Below the pieces are notes generated by a model that was not told where the DNA came from, did not search any database, and saw nothing but the letters and a program-made list of their open reading frames with translations. 60,244 bases of DNA from an uncultured virus (IMG/VR IMGVR_UViG_3300026522_000958) (Duplodnaviria; Heunggongvirae; Uroviricota; Caudoviricetes): the IMG/VR virus record IMGVR_UViG_3300026522_000958. One strand, given 5' to 3'. How positions within the stretch are numbered: position 1 is the first letter of the stretch; the number at the start of each line of letters is the position of its first letter. Shown piece after piece: positions 1-9,864 of this stretch. A program made the translations under genes and the position numbers.

Positions 1-502
1 CAAGTTTTGCTGTACCGAACTTTGAACCAGGAGCAAAAGCCCAATCCATAGCGTTGCTATAAAATGATACCTTAATACGACCATTGAGTGTGTTTACAGA
101 AAAGAGCATCTCTCCTGTGACTTTATCTTTAACAAGAGAGTAGTCCCTGTTCCACACCAATGACACCTGCGGTGTAGTAAACTTTGGTATGATTCTGGCA
201 TTGCGCTTAGACTTTCTAAATCTGTCGGGGTGCTCTGCCTGCATGGTCTGTATAGTTTTATAAGAAGCTATAACCGTTCTTGTCACACTTACAGCCATCT
301 GAGATGGTAAAGTAAATACACTGCGACAGGTATCGTAAGTCTCTTTCTGTACCTTGAACTGCTTCAAAGGCATCTGGTGGTCACTTACATACTTTGCTAC
401 ATAAGAGCAGGCAAGAGAATAAGCCTTCATTGTTTTGATAAGAAGGCTCATATCACTCTCAGCCGGAAGGATATGCAGTTTTGCCGTAAGTGTTTGTTCC
501 AT
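1..502 (-). CDS. tnpB: TnpB RNA-guided nuclease family protein, N-terminal part (runs off window)
   Basis: Hand translation from ATG at 502: MEQTLTAKLHILPAESDMSLLIKTMKAYSLACSYVAKY...LPSQMAVSVTRTVIASYK...WNRDYSL...SVNTLNGRIKV; RBS GAAAGGA; divergent from tnpA. Confidence 0.8.
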   Translation of the reverse strand, partial: MEQTLTAKLHILPAESDMSLLIKTMKAYSLACSYVAKYVSDHQMPLKQFKVQKETYDTCRSVFTLPSQMAVSVTRTVIASYKTIQTMQAEHPDRFRKSKRNARIIPKFTTPQVSLVWNRDYSLVKDKVTGEMLFSVNTLNGRIKVSFYSNAMDWAFAPGSKFGTAKL

Positions 503-572
503 AAATTGATTCCTTTCACTAAATATATCATACTATAACTGTTAGTGAGAGTCAAGCAATAAAGGATATCTT

Positions 573-974
573 ATGGACCAGTATATACGACACAACAGAC
601 ACAAGTACGATTTGGAAGTACACCTTATCTTTGCAACCAAGTATCGGAAACAAATACTCAAAGGAGCTTTGGCTGATGACATTAAACAAAAAATATATGA
701 CATCTGCAACCGTGATGGTTATAGTATCGTAGCCATGGAAACAGACAAAGACCATATCCATATACTGTTAGGGTATGGAGTAACTGACCGTGTATGCGAT
801 ATCGTTAAGGTACTCAAACAGGAGACTACATACTATATCTGGCAAAGATATTCTAAGTTTCTTAGACAATGCTATTGGAAAAAGAAAATCTTTTGGTCTG
901 ATGGATACTTTGCCTGTAGTGTGGGAAAAGTCTCACGGGCGACAATAAAACATTATATCGACACACAGGGGTAG
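573..974 (+). CDS. tnpA: IS200/IS605 Y1 (HUH) transposase TnpA
   Basis: HLIFATKYRK, DKDHIHIL (HUH), FWSDGYFACSVG, IKHYIDTQ motifs. Confidence 0.95.
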   Translation: MDQYIRHNRHKYDLEVHLIFATKYRKQILKGALADDIKQKIYDICNRDGYSIVAMETDKDHIHILLGYGVTDRVCDIVKVLKQETTYYIWQRYSKFLRQCYWKKKIFWSDGYFACSVGKVSRATIKHYIDTQG

Positions 975-1123
975 TCCGGTCGCTCCTCCCACCGCCTAAA
1001 GGCAGTGGGCTTCCGCTCCCTCAAAATTTGGTGAATGACCAGAAAAAACCCCGGCCACACGTCAGCCACGTCATGCGTGCTTTCGTAGTCGGGATCCCTT
1101 CTTTATATGAGCGTCTTTTGTTT

Positions 1124-1276
1124 TTACATTAAAGGTATGTCGTAGACGTCCGGCACGCCATCTGCTTCTACCGGTGAACAGATAAAATCATACAGCTCGC
1201 CAGGTGTCTTTTTCTCGGCAGTCTCAGGGTCCATGCCCATATTGCCTGCCAGCATGATCAGTTCAAATCTGCTCAT
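1124..1276 (-). CDS. small acidic hypothetical protein (50 aa, MSRFELIM...)
   Basis: RBS GAAAGGAG before ATG at 1276; promoter box at 1324-1335. Confidence 0.7.
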   Translation of the reverse strand: MSRFELIMLAGNMGMDPETAEKKTPGELYDFICSPVEADGVPDVYDIPLM

Positions 1277-1379
1277 ATAGTGCTCCTTTCTCATATTTTC
1301 TGTGATGAATGATTGGTTATTACAGATTTGGGATAACGGCGGGGATGTGGTACGGTTAGCGAGGCATTTCTGTTTGTAC

Positions 1380-1409
1380 AAAAAAAGAGCCCGAAGGCTC
1401 TTTCTTTTT
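1380..1409 (-). terminator. intrinsic terminator
   Basis: AAAAAAAGAGCCCGAAGGCTCTTTCTTTT hairpin with A/T tracts. Confidence 0.65.
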
Positions 1410-1522
1410 AGAATATTAAGTTTTATTATGCAGCATCTGTATCCACTCCGGTCAGGTCTTCAACAGCCTGGATCTTTCCACGGCTTATGATCTTTCCCGG
1501 AAGGGAATCCGTGTCTGCTGTA

Positions 1523-1667
1523 ATTACGCGGTATCATAATGTACGTTTTTCGTACATTATCCATGTAACTGTAAAGGTGGTTTACACGAACAATAATGTA
1601 CGTTTTTAAGAAAACAACGGCTTTTTTGAAAAGTAGTTTACACGACTTATTTTGTACGTTTTTGTAC
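1523..1667. repeat. three imperfect direct repeats (56-57 bp period) with core TGTACGTTTTT; first copy lies in a perfect inverted repeat
   Basis: Core at 1540, 1597, 1653; TTTACACGA at 1581 and 1637; ATAATGTACG-TTTTT-CGTACATTAT at 1536-1560. Confidence 0.75.
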
Positions 1668-1698
1668 TTTTCTCAAAAAAATTTTTTTCTGTTACCGT

Positions 1699-3930
1699 TC
1701 ACATGTCAATGCTGGTAGCGATTTCCGGGGTTGCAACATGGAGCACGCGGTCGCGTATCTCCTCCGTACGTCCCTGGTTCCAGTACTGGGATCCGATATA
1801 ACCGCATGTACGTCTTGCGACACTCATCATGTCCTGGTTACGGTTTCCACAGTTTGGACACTCCCACACAAGTTTGTGGGTCTTCTCGTCGCGGACAGTG
1901 CGGATTTCTCCATCATACCCGCACTTCATGCAGTAGTCGCTCTTTGTATTGAGTTCAGCATACATGATGTTCTCATAGATAAATTTCATTATCGAAAGAA
2001 CTGCGGATATGTTACTCTGCAGGTTCGGAACCTCTACATATGAGATCGCTCCGCCTGGAGAAAGCTTCTGGAACTCAGATTCAAATCCGAGTTTATCAAA
2101 AGCGTTGATGTTCTCACGGACATTTACATGGTAACTGTTCGTGATATAATCATGATCCGTTACGCCCGGGATGACGCCGAATCTCTTCTGCAGGCCTTTG
2201 GCAAATGTATAAGTAGTGCTTTCCATCGGGGTGCCGTATACCGAGTATGCGATGTTTTCAGCATCACGCCATTCCTTGCACTTGTCGTTCATATGCTGCA
2301 TTACTGCAAGTGCAAACGGCTTTGCTTTAGGATCTGTATGGCTCTTTCCCGTCATTTCAAGACAGCACTCGTACAGTCCACCATATCCGAGAGATATTGT
2401 CGAATAACCGCCGTAAAGTAGCTTATCGATTGTCTCACCCTTCTTTAAGCGGGCAAGAGCACCGTACTGCCAGAGAATAGGAGCTACATCGGACTTTGTC
2501 CCAAGAAGTCTCTTGTGGCGGATCTGGAGTGCCCTATGGCACATTTCCAGACGCTCATCGAAAATCTTCCAGAACTCATCGAACCTGTCAGTCCCGTTTT
2601 CTTCTGAAGCTTTTACGGCAGAGCATGCTACGTCAACGAGGTTTACAGAACATACGCCCTGATTGAAGCGGCCGTAGAACTTGTGACTGCCATCCGGATT
2701 CCTTACAGAATCTTCGACTGTCAGGAACGACCTGCATCCCATGCAGGTATAGACATCGCCCTTTACTTCGCGCATCACCTTTGCACTGATGTAGTCCGGC
2801 ACCATCCTCTTCGCTGTGCATTTTGCTGCAAGCTCTGTAAGATAATAATATTTACTATCTTTATGGATGTTGTCCTCATCCAACACATAGATGATCTTTG
2901 GGAATGCGGGTGTGATGTATACACCTTTTTCGTTCTTAATGCCCTGTATCCTCTGGCGTAAGACTTCCTCAATGAGCATTGCAAGATCTTCTCTTGTCTG
3001 TCCCTCAGGAGCCTCATCAAGATACATATACATTGTGACGAATGGTGTCTGCCCATTACATGTCATCAGAGTCACCAACTGATACTGGATCGTCTGGATG
3101 CCATCCTTGACTTCTTCAGATAGGCGTTCTTTTACGAAATCATCTACCTTTTCAGGATTGATGATGCCCTCGCTTACGAATTTTTCCGCTTTTTTGTGGA
3201 GTTTCTGCCTTGACACATCCACAAATGGAGCAAGATGTGCAAGTGAAAACGACTGGCCACCGTACTGGTTTGACGCAACCTGTGCTACAATCTGAGTAGC
3301 CACATTTGCAGCCGTACGGAAACTCTTTGGCTTCTCGATCATTGTTCCCGTAATGACTGTTCCATTCTGGAGCATGTCTTCAAGATTAATCAGATCGCAG
3401 TTGTGCTCTCTCATGGCGAAATAATCCCTATCATGAATATGGATCAGTCCGTCCTTATGGGCCTGAACAAGCTCAGGAGGAAGCATAAGCCTGTCGGTAA
3501 GATCCTTTGATACCTCACCGGCCATGTAGTCCCTCTGGGTCGAGTTAATGTGAGCATTCTTGTTGGAATTCTCATCATTAGCTTCCTCGTTAACACCATT
3601 TATGATCTCCATAATGGTGTTATCTGTTTTTTTGTACATACGAAGCAGTTCATGATTGTTCCTGTATGTGGCATAGTTGATCGCGACTTCATAGCAGCGC
3701 ATCTCCATTATGCCTTTAATGACTCTGTCCTGGATCTTTTCCACATCGAGGGTGTCCTCGCCCTTTGCCTCCTTTGCCTCCTTTGCGATACTCTCAACAA
3801 TAGCTCTAATCTGGGCATCTGAGAGCTGGTAGATCGCGTCAACGGTTGCATTCGCTTTCTTTACGGCGTTGGCAACCTTTTCTCCGTCGAACGGCACTTC
3901 GGCGCCGTTCCTTTTCCTGATCATACACAT
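1699..3930 (-). CDS. nrdD: anaerobic (class III) ribonucleoside-triphosphate reductase with N-terminal ATP cone
   Basis: ATP cone (IRKRNGAEVPFD), HIHD, MGCRSFL, GRFNQGVCSVNL, CxxC pairs, glycyl radical loop RRTCGYIG. Confidence 0.97.
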   Translation of the reverse strand: MCMIRKRNGAEVPFDGEKVANAVKKANATVDAIYQLSDAQIRAIVESIAKEAKEAKGEDTLDVEKIQDRVIKGIMEMRCYEVAINYATYRNNHELLRMYKKTDNTIMEIINGVNEEANDENSNKNAHINSTQRDYMAGEVSKDLTDRLMLPPELVQAHKDGLIHIHDRDYFAMREHNCDLINLEDMLQNGTVITGTMIEKPKSFRTAANVATQIVAQVASNQYGGQSFSLAHLAPFVDVSRQKLHKKAEKFVSEGIINPEKVDDFVKERLSEEVKDGIQTIQYQLVTLMTCNGQTPFVTMYMYLDEAPEGQTREDLAMLIEEVLRQRIQGIKNEKGVYITPAFPKIIYVLDEDNIHKDSKYYYLTELAAKCTAKRMVPDYISAKVMREVKGDVYTCMGCRSFLTVEDSVRNPDGSHKFYGRFNQGVCSVNLVDVACSAVKASEENGTDRFDEFWKIFDERLEMCHRALQIRHKRLLGTKSDVAPILWQYGALARLKKGETIDKLLYGGYSTISLGYGGLYECCLEMTGKSHTDPKAKPFALAVMQHMNDKCKEWRDAENIAYSVYGTPMESTTYTFAKGLQKRFGVIPGVTDHDYITNSYHVNVRENINAFDKLGFESEFQKLSPGGAISYVEVPNLQSNISAVLSIMKFIYENIMYAELNTKSDYCMKCGYDGEIRTVRDEKTHKLVWECPNCGNRNQDMMSVARRTCGYIGSQYWNQGRTEEIRDRVLHVATPEIATSIDM

Positions 3931-4123
3931 AATATCATCCTTTCTATTCTGTTTTTCTCCAGAATTATGATTAACTTATAGTTGTATATAAGATTTGGGA
4001 GAAGATGCTATTGTCAACTCCTTCTTTGGATAAAACTGCCACAAAAAAAGAGTCCGAAGGCTCTTCAATGCTTGTTTTATCATACATCAGGGTTATTTTC
4101 TGTCATATACATTTTCCTCTCAT

Positions 4124-4169
4124 TTAATACAACATCGGACAACCGCGGCCTTAGTCGTGGGTCATTGAC
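4124..4169 (-). mobile_element. 46-bp fused-end IS200/IS605 remnant (PATE-like, IscB-type ends)
   Basis: Minus strand GTCAATGACCCACGACTAAGGCCGCGGTTGTCCGATGTTGTATTAA followed by ATGA, the same flank as the IscB elements. Confidence 0.5.
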
Positions 4170-4363
4170 AACTGTGCATCTCTGGTTTGATTGTTATCTC
4201 CACAATACAGATATATGGTATCCCCCTCTTCCAATTCTGGAAAGATAACTACACGGAACAGCAAAAACGCATTCATTTTTCATATATGGAAAGTTCTGGT
4301 TTTCTATATATGAAAAATCGTAGATTCTGTTTCAACCATATCTGATTAGGACGTGCACGGCTT

Positions 4364-4470
4364 TTCCGATGACTCCAATGCTAAAGCATCGGGGATTGTA
4401 AGACAGCAGTATCATCCTACAGCCCCACATTGAATAGCCTAAGTCTTTAAAACAAAGGCTATGTTATGGA
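4364..4470 (+). ncRNA. degenerate 5' part of an IscB omega RNA (HEARO-like) remnant
   Basis: Hairpin CTCCAATGCTAAAGCATCGGGG then TTGAATAGCCTAAGT...GGCTATGTTA, resembling TAGCCTAAGT...CTACGTTA of the intact copies. Confidence 0.45.
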
Positions 4471-4516
4471 ATAAAACGTACAAGCCGGCAGGCGGACAAA
4501 AGGAGGTTATATAGAT

Positions 4517-5254
4517 TTGAAAGGTAACAGCACAGTCATATTCGAGTATGAAAACATACTCATGGGGAAACAGCGGAACTTTAACTGTTCTTTTTCCGGT
4601 TCCGCTGAGAAGAGGCGGCAGGCAGTCGCGGAGATATGGCAGTATGCAGTACTCCATATCCTGCACTGGACTCCTGAAATGGCACTTAAGAACATGACGG
4701 TATCACTGATGAACAGTCTGTATCTTGACAGAACGCTCACACAGATAGATTCACCGTTTGTAAGGAAGAAACCCATAAACTTCAGGTACATCTTCAGCAT
4801 TGCCTTTCCAAAGCAGATCAGGTTCGATATCTTCAATGAGACGATCGACGCGTATAACAGGGTTCTGCACGTGGAAAAGTACAGTCATATGGAAGAACAA
4901 CAGCCGTACCATTTCCCAAAGTACTTCTTCACCGATGAGAACGGGGCGAAACGTGCATCGATATGCCTAAACTATGCGGTAAATCGTTTTCTGGGAGACA
5001 TGCCGGTCTCTGAAAGGTATGTATTTTTTTCAGACAGCACGAATGCAAATGCCTTTCTGAAACAGGCCATGATAGATTCCGTAGGGCGGCATATGTATGA
5101 TGCCCCTCTTGATTTCTACCACTTTTCGCTTCCTGAGGACGAGCGGGACTACCTGCTTTACTACAGCCTGAAGTTGTGGAACATTTTCAGAGCGAAGGAA
5201 CGTGATCTGTGCAGGAGGATGAAGAAAACTAAAAAGGTTAAACCTCGTGCATAA
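4517..5254 (+). CDS. hypothetical protein (weak resemblance to DUF4046-type repeats)
   Basis: 245-aa ORF, AGGAGG RBS before TTG, terminator downstream. Confidence 0.75.
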   Translation: MKGNSTVIFEYENILMGKQRNFNCSFSGSAEKRRQAVAEIWQYAVLHILHWTPEMALKNMTVSLMNSLYLDRTLTQIDSPFVRKKPINFRYIFSIAFPKQIRFDIFNETIDAYNRVLHVEKYSHMEEQQPYHFPKYFFTDENGAKRASICLNYAVNRFLGDMPVSERYVFFSDSTNANAFLKQAMIDSVGRHMYDAPLDFYHFSLPEDERDYLLYYSLKLWNIFRAKERDLCRRMKKTKKVKPRA

Positions 5255-5255
5255 G

Positions 5256-5282
5256 AAAAGCGCCCCACATGGGGCGTTTTTT
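5256..5282. terminator. bidirectional intrinsic terminator between convergent genes
   Basis: AAAAGCGCCCCACATGGGGCGTTTTTT. Confidence 0.8.
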
Positions 5283-5295
5283 AATGCCAATATAT

Positions 5296-5808
5296 TCAGT
5301 TTTTTGATACGAAGTCTAAGATCAGCTTCTGCTTTTCTTCAAGAGAGGCCTTTCTTATAAATTCTTCGTATGAACTGTACCTGTCTCCAATTCCAGCTCT
5401 TCTTTTCTTTCCTTCCGGAATAATGACTTCGAAATTTTTAAGGAACCGGTCAGATTCATCATCATCCATCATCTCTGAAAAGACGACTGCATCCTCGCGT
5501 TCCTGGTGTCTGACGATGTCTGCATAAGCATTCAGCTTCGCAGCTACAGCTTTTCTTAAACCACCACTGTATCTTCCGGCGATAAAGTCTTCTGCCACCT
5601 GTCTGAACTTGTCATCAGAATCGATGGTCAGATCAGACGGTTCAGGTACCGTCGAAGGCTTCAGGTCGGCTTCTTCCTTTCTGCTGACAGCATTGCCTGT
5701 AGACGCCATTATGATGTCACCGATGATCCCGGATATGCCCGGGATATTCTTCGCATCTTTTATGACGATCACAAGGTCGTCACCGTCAGCATATGTATAA
5801 CAGCTCAT
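5296..5808 (-). CDS. hypothetical protein, translationally coupled to the vWA gene
   Basis: 170-aa ORF overlapping upstream stop (ATGA). Confidence 0.8.
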   Translation of the reverse strand: MSCYTYADGDDLVIVIKDAKNIPGISGIIGDIIMASTGNAVSRKEEADLKPSTVPEPSDLTIDSDDKFRQVAEDFIAGRYSGGLRKAVAAKLNAYADIVRHQEREDAVVFSEMMDDDESDRFLKNFEVIIPEGKKRRAGIGDRYSSYEEFIRKASLEEKQKLILDFVSKN

Positions 5809-7958
5809 CTGAACTCCTTTTCTACTATTTTTCCGAGCCTCTTTATCAGCAAGTTCGAAAGGCCTTCCTCTTCAGTATGTATGAAATTTCTTCCGTACAT
5901 CTTCTGGAGAACATCAGCCTCGCAATCTCCAATTGCAATGCCTAAGACTGAGGCCTTTTTCTGTACAGCGGCTATCGCCCTTGTAGTAAGCTCAAGCCCT
6001 TCGTTATACGATCTGTACGCTCTTGCTGCAGGCGCACCGTCTGAGATAACGACAAGGAGTTTGTTCCTTGCCGCTCTCTTCTCAAGTGTTTCTCCTGCAT
6101 AACGGATCGAGTAGCTGTCGAAGTTGTCTGCGATAGCTCTCATTCCTGCAAGGGAAGTGTGCTGCTGCTTCGTGCTGTTCCACGTTACATAATGTAAATG
6201 GAGAGCATCGGTCGGGCCTTCATCAGCTGTAAAGCCCATTACATAATGAGGAATACCCATCTGCATAAGAGCTTCTGCAAAGATTATAGCAGTCTCTCTT
6301 GCGCGGCTTATCTTTGAACCGTACATTGAGCCTGACTGGTCCACAAGAAGGAATACTTCACAGTCTCTTTTAGAGCCAGGGTCTTTCCTCTTGTTGAAGA
6401 TCTTTGCTGATGTTCCGACTGATCCACGAAGGATATCATACGCACCTGTTGTGGCACGTCTTACTTCTTCCTGATCTGCAGCGAAACACTGCTCGAGACT
6501 TCTGACGAGGTGCTTGATCTTGCCCCTGTTGGCATTTACAATGCTATTGTACAAAGGGACGAGATCCTCACGGCTTTCTGCTTTCAGATTGCTGCATGTT
6601 GCAGCATTCTCAAGACCTGCCCCATGGACATCAACGTCCTGCGGCTGGTCTTCATAATTCTTTCGCTCTTCTTTTTCAATCTGCTTTGACGCATTATCAA
6701 GAGCATTGTCGAGCTGCTCCTTCTCTTCTTTTGAAAGAGTGTAGTTTTCGCTGTTATCGTCTGAAAGTAGTTTTTCAACTTCTTCTTTTGATAACGTGAG
6801 CGATCCTGCATCAGGGGCATCTCCGTTACCATCCCCGCCGACTTTTCCGTCATTGGAATAGGATTCGGGAGCTTCTCCGCCTTTGTCTTTCTTTGAAGAT
6901 GACTCTGAAGACGATGAAGACTTACTGCTATCTGCATCAGAGCTGCCAGCTTTTTCTCTGTCTCCATTTGCGGAAGATGAAGAACCTGGCTTTGCTTCCT
7001 CTTTATCAGATGTGGCCGATGCATTCTGTCCGTTGGAGTTTGCATCGTCAGAAGTGTCGTCATTCCCACCATTTTCAGAGGCTTCTTGTAAAAGCTTTTT
7101 GACAAGACTTTCGCGGCGCTTCTGTGCGCCGGTCTTTGGTCTGGATGGCTCGCTTTCACCTTCTGAATCTTCTGATCTTTCCTGATCATCCTGATCCTCT
7201 CCGGTAGAAGACGGATCCATTGCCTGCTGAAGAGCCTTTTTAAGCTCATCCATAAGCTTCTGGCGTTCCTTTTCATCCTCGAGGTCTCTCTCCCACAGAG
7301 GGCGGGCGATCTCCATTACCTCAAGAGCATAATCTGTACGCTTCTTTGAGTCTGTACATTCAATGCACTTGTTGTAGATCGGAGCAGCCTTTTTGAAGGC
7401 TTCTTCGGCTTCAGGAAATGTAAACTTTCCCTTTACGACTCCGAGATCCCCAAACTGGATGAGAGCATTCAGAAACTGTGCGTATGCTGTCGGGCTGTCC
7501 GTTATCTCAGGGCTTCCCATGTAGATGACCCTTACCGAAAAACGGAGTGCCTTTAGCAGGTATCCGCCTATTACGGAATCAGCCTGATACTCGATGCTCG
7601 GGTCCTCGATGCAGTTGAAGTTTTCGGAATAGATAGAAGCTTCAAATCTGTCAAACTCTTCAAGTTTCGCATAGAAAACAGCGAAGTTTGTAAGAGCCTG
7701 ATGGAGAAGTTCGTGAGCAAATACTCCGAAACGGAACATCCGCTTCTCTTCGTCCGTCATGACTTTTGTATACGGCTTGAAATCCCATGCCACATGGATG
7801 GTACGAGTATTTCCGTCCGTATATCCGAGGTCGTGATTGTTGTCTAGCCACTTTACTTTTACACGGATAGGCTTACCAGTCGTCCTTGACATAAAAGCTG
7901 ACGCCGTTCTGCTAAGAAGGACAGCTTCCGCTGCCCTTCCCTTAATTTCATCTGTCAT
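5805..7958 (-). CDS. CobT/NorD-like vWA domain protein with N-terminal HExxH motif
   Basis: FAHELLHQ, acidic low-complexity linker, MIDAS DQSGSM and ISDGAP; start reassigned to MTDEIK after GGAGG RBS. Confidence 0.85.
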   Translation of the reverse strand: MTDEIKGRAAEAVLLSRTASAFMSRTTGKPIRVKVKWLDNNHDLGYTDGNTRTIHVAWDFKPYTKVMTDEEKRMFRFGVFAHELLHQALTNFAVFYAKLEEFDRFEASIYSENFNCIEDPSIEYQADSVIGGYLLKALRFSVRVIYMGSPEITDSPTAYAQFLNALIQFGDLGVVKGKFTFPEAEEAFKKAAPIYNKCIECTDSKKRTDYALEVMEIARPLWERDLEDEKERQKLMDELKKALQQAMDPSSTGEDQDDQERSEDSEGESEPSRPKTGAQKRRESLVKKLLQEASENGGNDDTSDDANSNGQNASATSDKEEAKPGSSSSANGDREKAGSSDADSSKSSSSSESSSKKDKGGEAPESYSNDGKVGGDGNGDAPDAGSLTLSKEEVEKLLSDDNSENYTLSKEEKEQLDNALDNASKQIEKEERKNYEDQPQDVDVHGAGLENAATCSNLKAESREDLVPLYNSIVNANRGKIKHLVRSLEQCFAADQEEVRRATTGAYDILRGSVGTSAKIFNKRKDPGSKRDCEVFLLVDQSGSMYGSKISRARETAIIFAEALMQMGIPHYVMGFTADEGPTDALHLHYVTWNSTKQQHTSLAGMRAIADNFDSYSIRYAGETLEKRAARNKLLVVISDGAPAARAYRSYNEGLELTTRAIAAVQKKASVLGIAIGDCEADVLQKMYGRNFIHTEEEGLSNLLIKRLGKIVEKEFR

Positions 7959-8024
7959 ATTTTCTTCCTCCATCCCCGAAGGGGGCGCCCTGTATTGCGG
8001 CAGGGCTTTCATCAGTAAGTACCG

Positions 8025-9737
8025 TTAATCCTTTATGATAAAGGAAGGGTTCTTAAGGTTTTGGATCACTTCTGTCTCGAACTGGTCGCCCAGCTCAAGG
8101 GATGCCTCCGAGATGGCATTTCCGATCGAATTACGGACTGCCCTTCTCGGATTCTGGCCGTAGACCATATTTTTTATGGTCTGGACGCATGTACGGATAG
8201 AAAGATTGTTCACGACCTCTTCCTCACCGACCTGAGGATCCTTCAGCCAGTTCACGGCTGCCTTGTAAGCATCATAGACCCAGTTAACGGCCTTTTTGCT
8301 CTGGCCTGTCTTCTTAAGAAGGATCTCTTTGAAATCTTCCTCAGAAGGATCCATTAACTTCCATTTCGCCCCAAATCGGTTTGAAAATGCAGGATCGTTA
8401 GGGTTTGTGCCCTCGATTCCCGTGTTCTCGCACGCAAATACGAAACTGAGCGGGCTGCGGTAGGTCTTCTCATAGCCGTTCTTCAATACGAAGTATGGCT
8501 GCTCGAGAAACTGTCCGAATGCGCCCATCGTGACTGACGGGTCTGCAAGGTTCGGCTCCTCGAAGATGAAGATGCCGCCTTTGTCAGCAAACTTTGGGAT
8601 ATCGGTCTCCACATACTGCGGATGTCCGTCCACGATCTTCGTGGCACCTTCCGCAATGTCCTCGTCAGTATGCTTTGAGAATACGATCGTATATACCGGC
8701 ATTCCCGTTACTGCTGACAGAGCATACATTAATGATGACTTTCCTGTTCCCGGTTTGCCTAAGAGCATCCCGTTGAACATGAGATCGGCATATTTCATGG
8801 TATCCTCGAACGGGACGCCTGATGCCTTTCTCTCGAGTATCTTCTTTGCAGTATATGATACAGCCTTTACGATCTCAACGAAGTCCTCAGTGATCTCAAA
8901 GGTATCAAGATAACTCTTTGATGTTACAAGGGCCTTCTGTTCTTCAGTCCACGGAAAATCGACGGTATATTTACCATCATCAACTTCCTGTCTGAACGCC
9001 TCGATCGGGTCAGCGCCTGCGGCACCTTCCTTTTCTCTGCCCTCGATAGGAAGACTGTGGTCATACGGGCTTCTGGCAAGGTAATCCTCAGCCTTTGTTT
9101 TAAGCCCCGCGTCGGCCGTCGGCAGATAGAGTGGAGACCATTCCATAGCGCATCCATCAAGGATCCTCTGGCATGATGCTGCATCCAGAGTGCCCTCGTC
9201 TACTTCGACTTCCTTATGATCTACTGCGTAGCCATAGTAGAAGCTGTCGCAAAAGCGGAAGGCCATTGTTTCAAGGTCTTTCGGGGTGCCCTTGGCCATT
9301 TTAAGGATATTGCCGTTTGTTACACCGGCAAATGCCTCGAACATCTCTATCTGCACAGGTGCAGGCCCCAACAGCATTGCGTATAAGACATAAGGAATTG
9401 CCTTATGTCTATGGTGAACGAATGTTGCAGATGTTTCCATCTTTCCGTTTTCATCGATGAAGAATGATACCCCATCGAGTTCACCATAAAGCCAATTCGT
9501 GTCGTGGTTCACATATACTGCGAGACTTTTTTTATGCTTAAAGATGATATCAAACAGCAGTACAGCTGTCGACATCTTTACTCTCTGCCCCTTCTGGGCA
9601 TCCGTTCGGGCGTCAGACTTCATTTCCGGCGTTACAGCGACAGGAGTCATCCCAACGCTGAATCCTCCTATTTCTGATACGATCTTTCCTGATGTGTGAG
9701 CGAAAAGCTCGCTTGCTAATTTCATAACTTTTGACAT
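8025..9737 (-). CDS. MoxR/CobS-like AAA+ ATPase
   Basis: Walker A GKPGTGKS, Walker B-like IFIFEEPN, DPAFSNRF, LSIR; adjacent to vWA gene; start MSKVMK after GGAGG. Confidence 0.85.
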   Translation of the reverse strand: MSKVMKLASELFAHTSGKIVSEIGGFSVGMTPVAVTPEMKSDARTDAQKGQRVKMSTAVLLFDIIFKHKKSLAVYVNHDTNWLYGELDGVSFFIDENGKMETSATFVHHRHKAIPYVLYAMLLGPAPVQIEMFEAFAGVTNGNILKMAKGTPKDLETMAFRFCDSFYYGYAVDHKEVEVDEGTLDAASCQRILDGCAMEWSPLYLPTADAGLKTKAEDYLARSPYDHSLPIEGREKEGAAGADPIEAFRQEVDDGKYTVDFPWTEEQKALVTSKSYLDTFEITEDFVEIVKAVSYTAKKILERKASGVPFEDTMKYADLMFNGMLLGKPGTGKSSLMYALSAVTGMPVYTIVFSKHTDEDIAEGATKIVDGHPQYVETDIPKFADKGGIFIFEEPNLADPSVTMGAFGQFLEQPYFVLKNGYEKTYRSPLSFVFACENTGIEGTNPNDPAFSNRFGAKWKLMDPSEEDFKEILLKKTGQSKKAVNWVYDAYKAAVNWLKDPQVGEEEVVNNLSIRTCVQTIKNMVYGQNPRRAVRNSIGNAISEASLELGDQFETEVIQNLKNPSFIIKD

Positions 9738-9864
9738 ATGTTCCTCCATTTCCTTATCCTCCCTGCTTAAGAAGGATAAAATCTTAGATTGTGATGAATT
9801 GTTCTGTAGAAGATATGGGAGAACACTAAAAACCCCGTAAAAAACCCCGTCCAAACGGGCGGGG

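Larger units (their letters stand above)
1..1030. mobile_element. IS200/IS605-family element with divergent tnpA and tnpB; cut by left window edge
   Basis: tnpA at 573-974 (+), tnpB N-terminus at <1-502 (-), subterminal hairpin CCCACCGCCTAAAGGCAGTGGG at 988-1009, end tail followed by GTGA (1031-1034). Confidence 0.9.

Noticed and set aside
4201..4222. NrdR box upstream of nrdD
   Set aside because: ACAGATATATGGT is only a loose single match, far from the start codon
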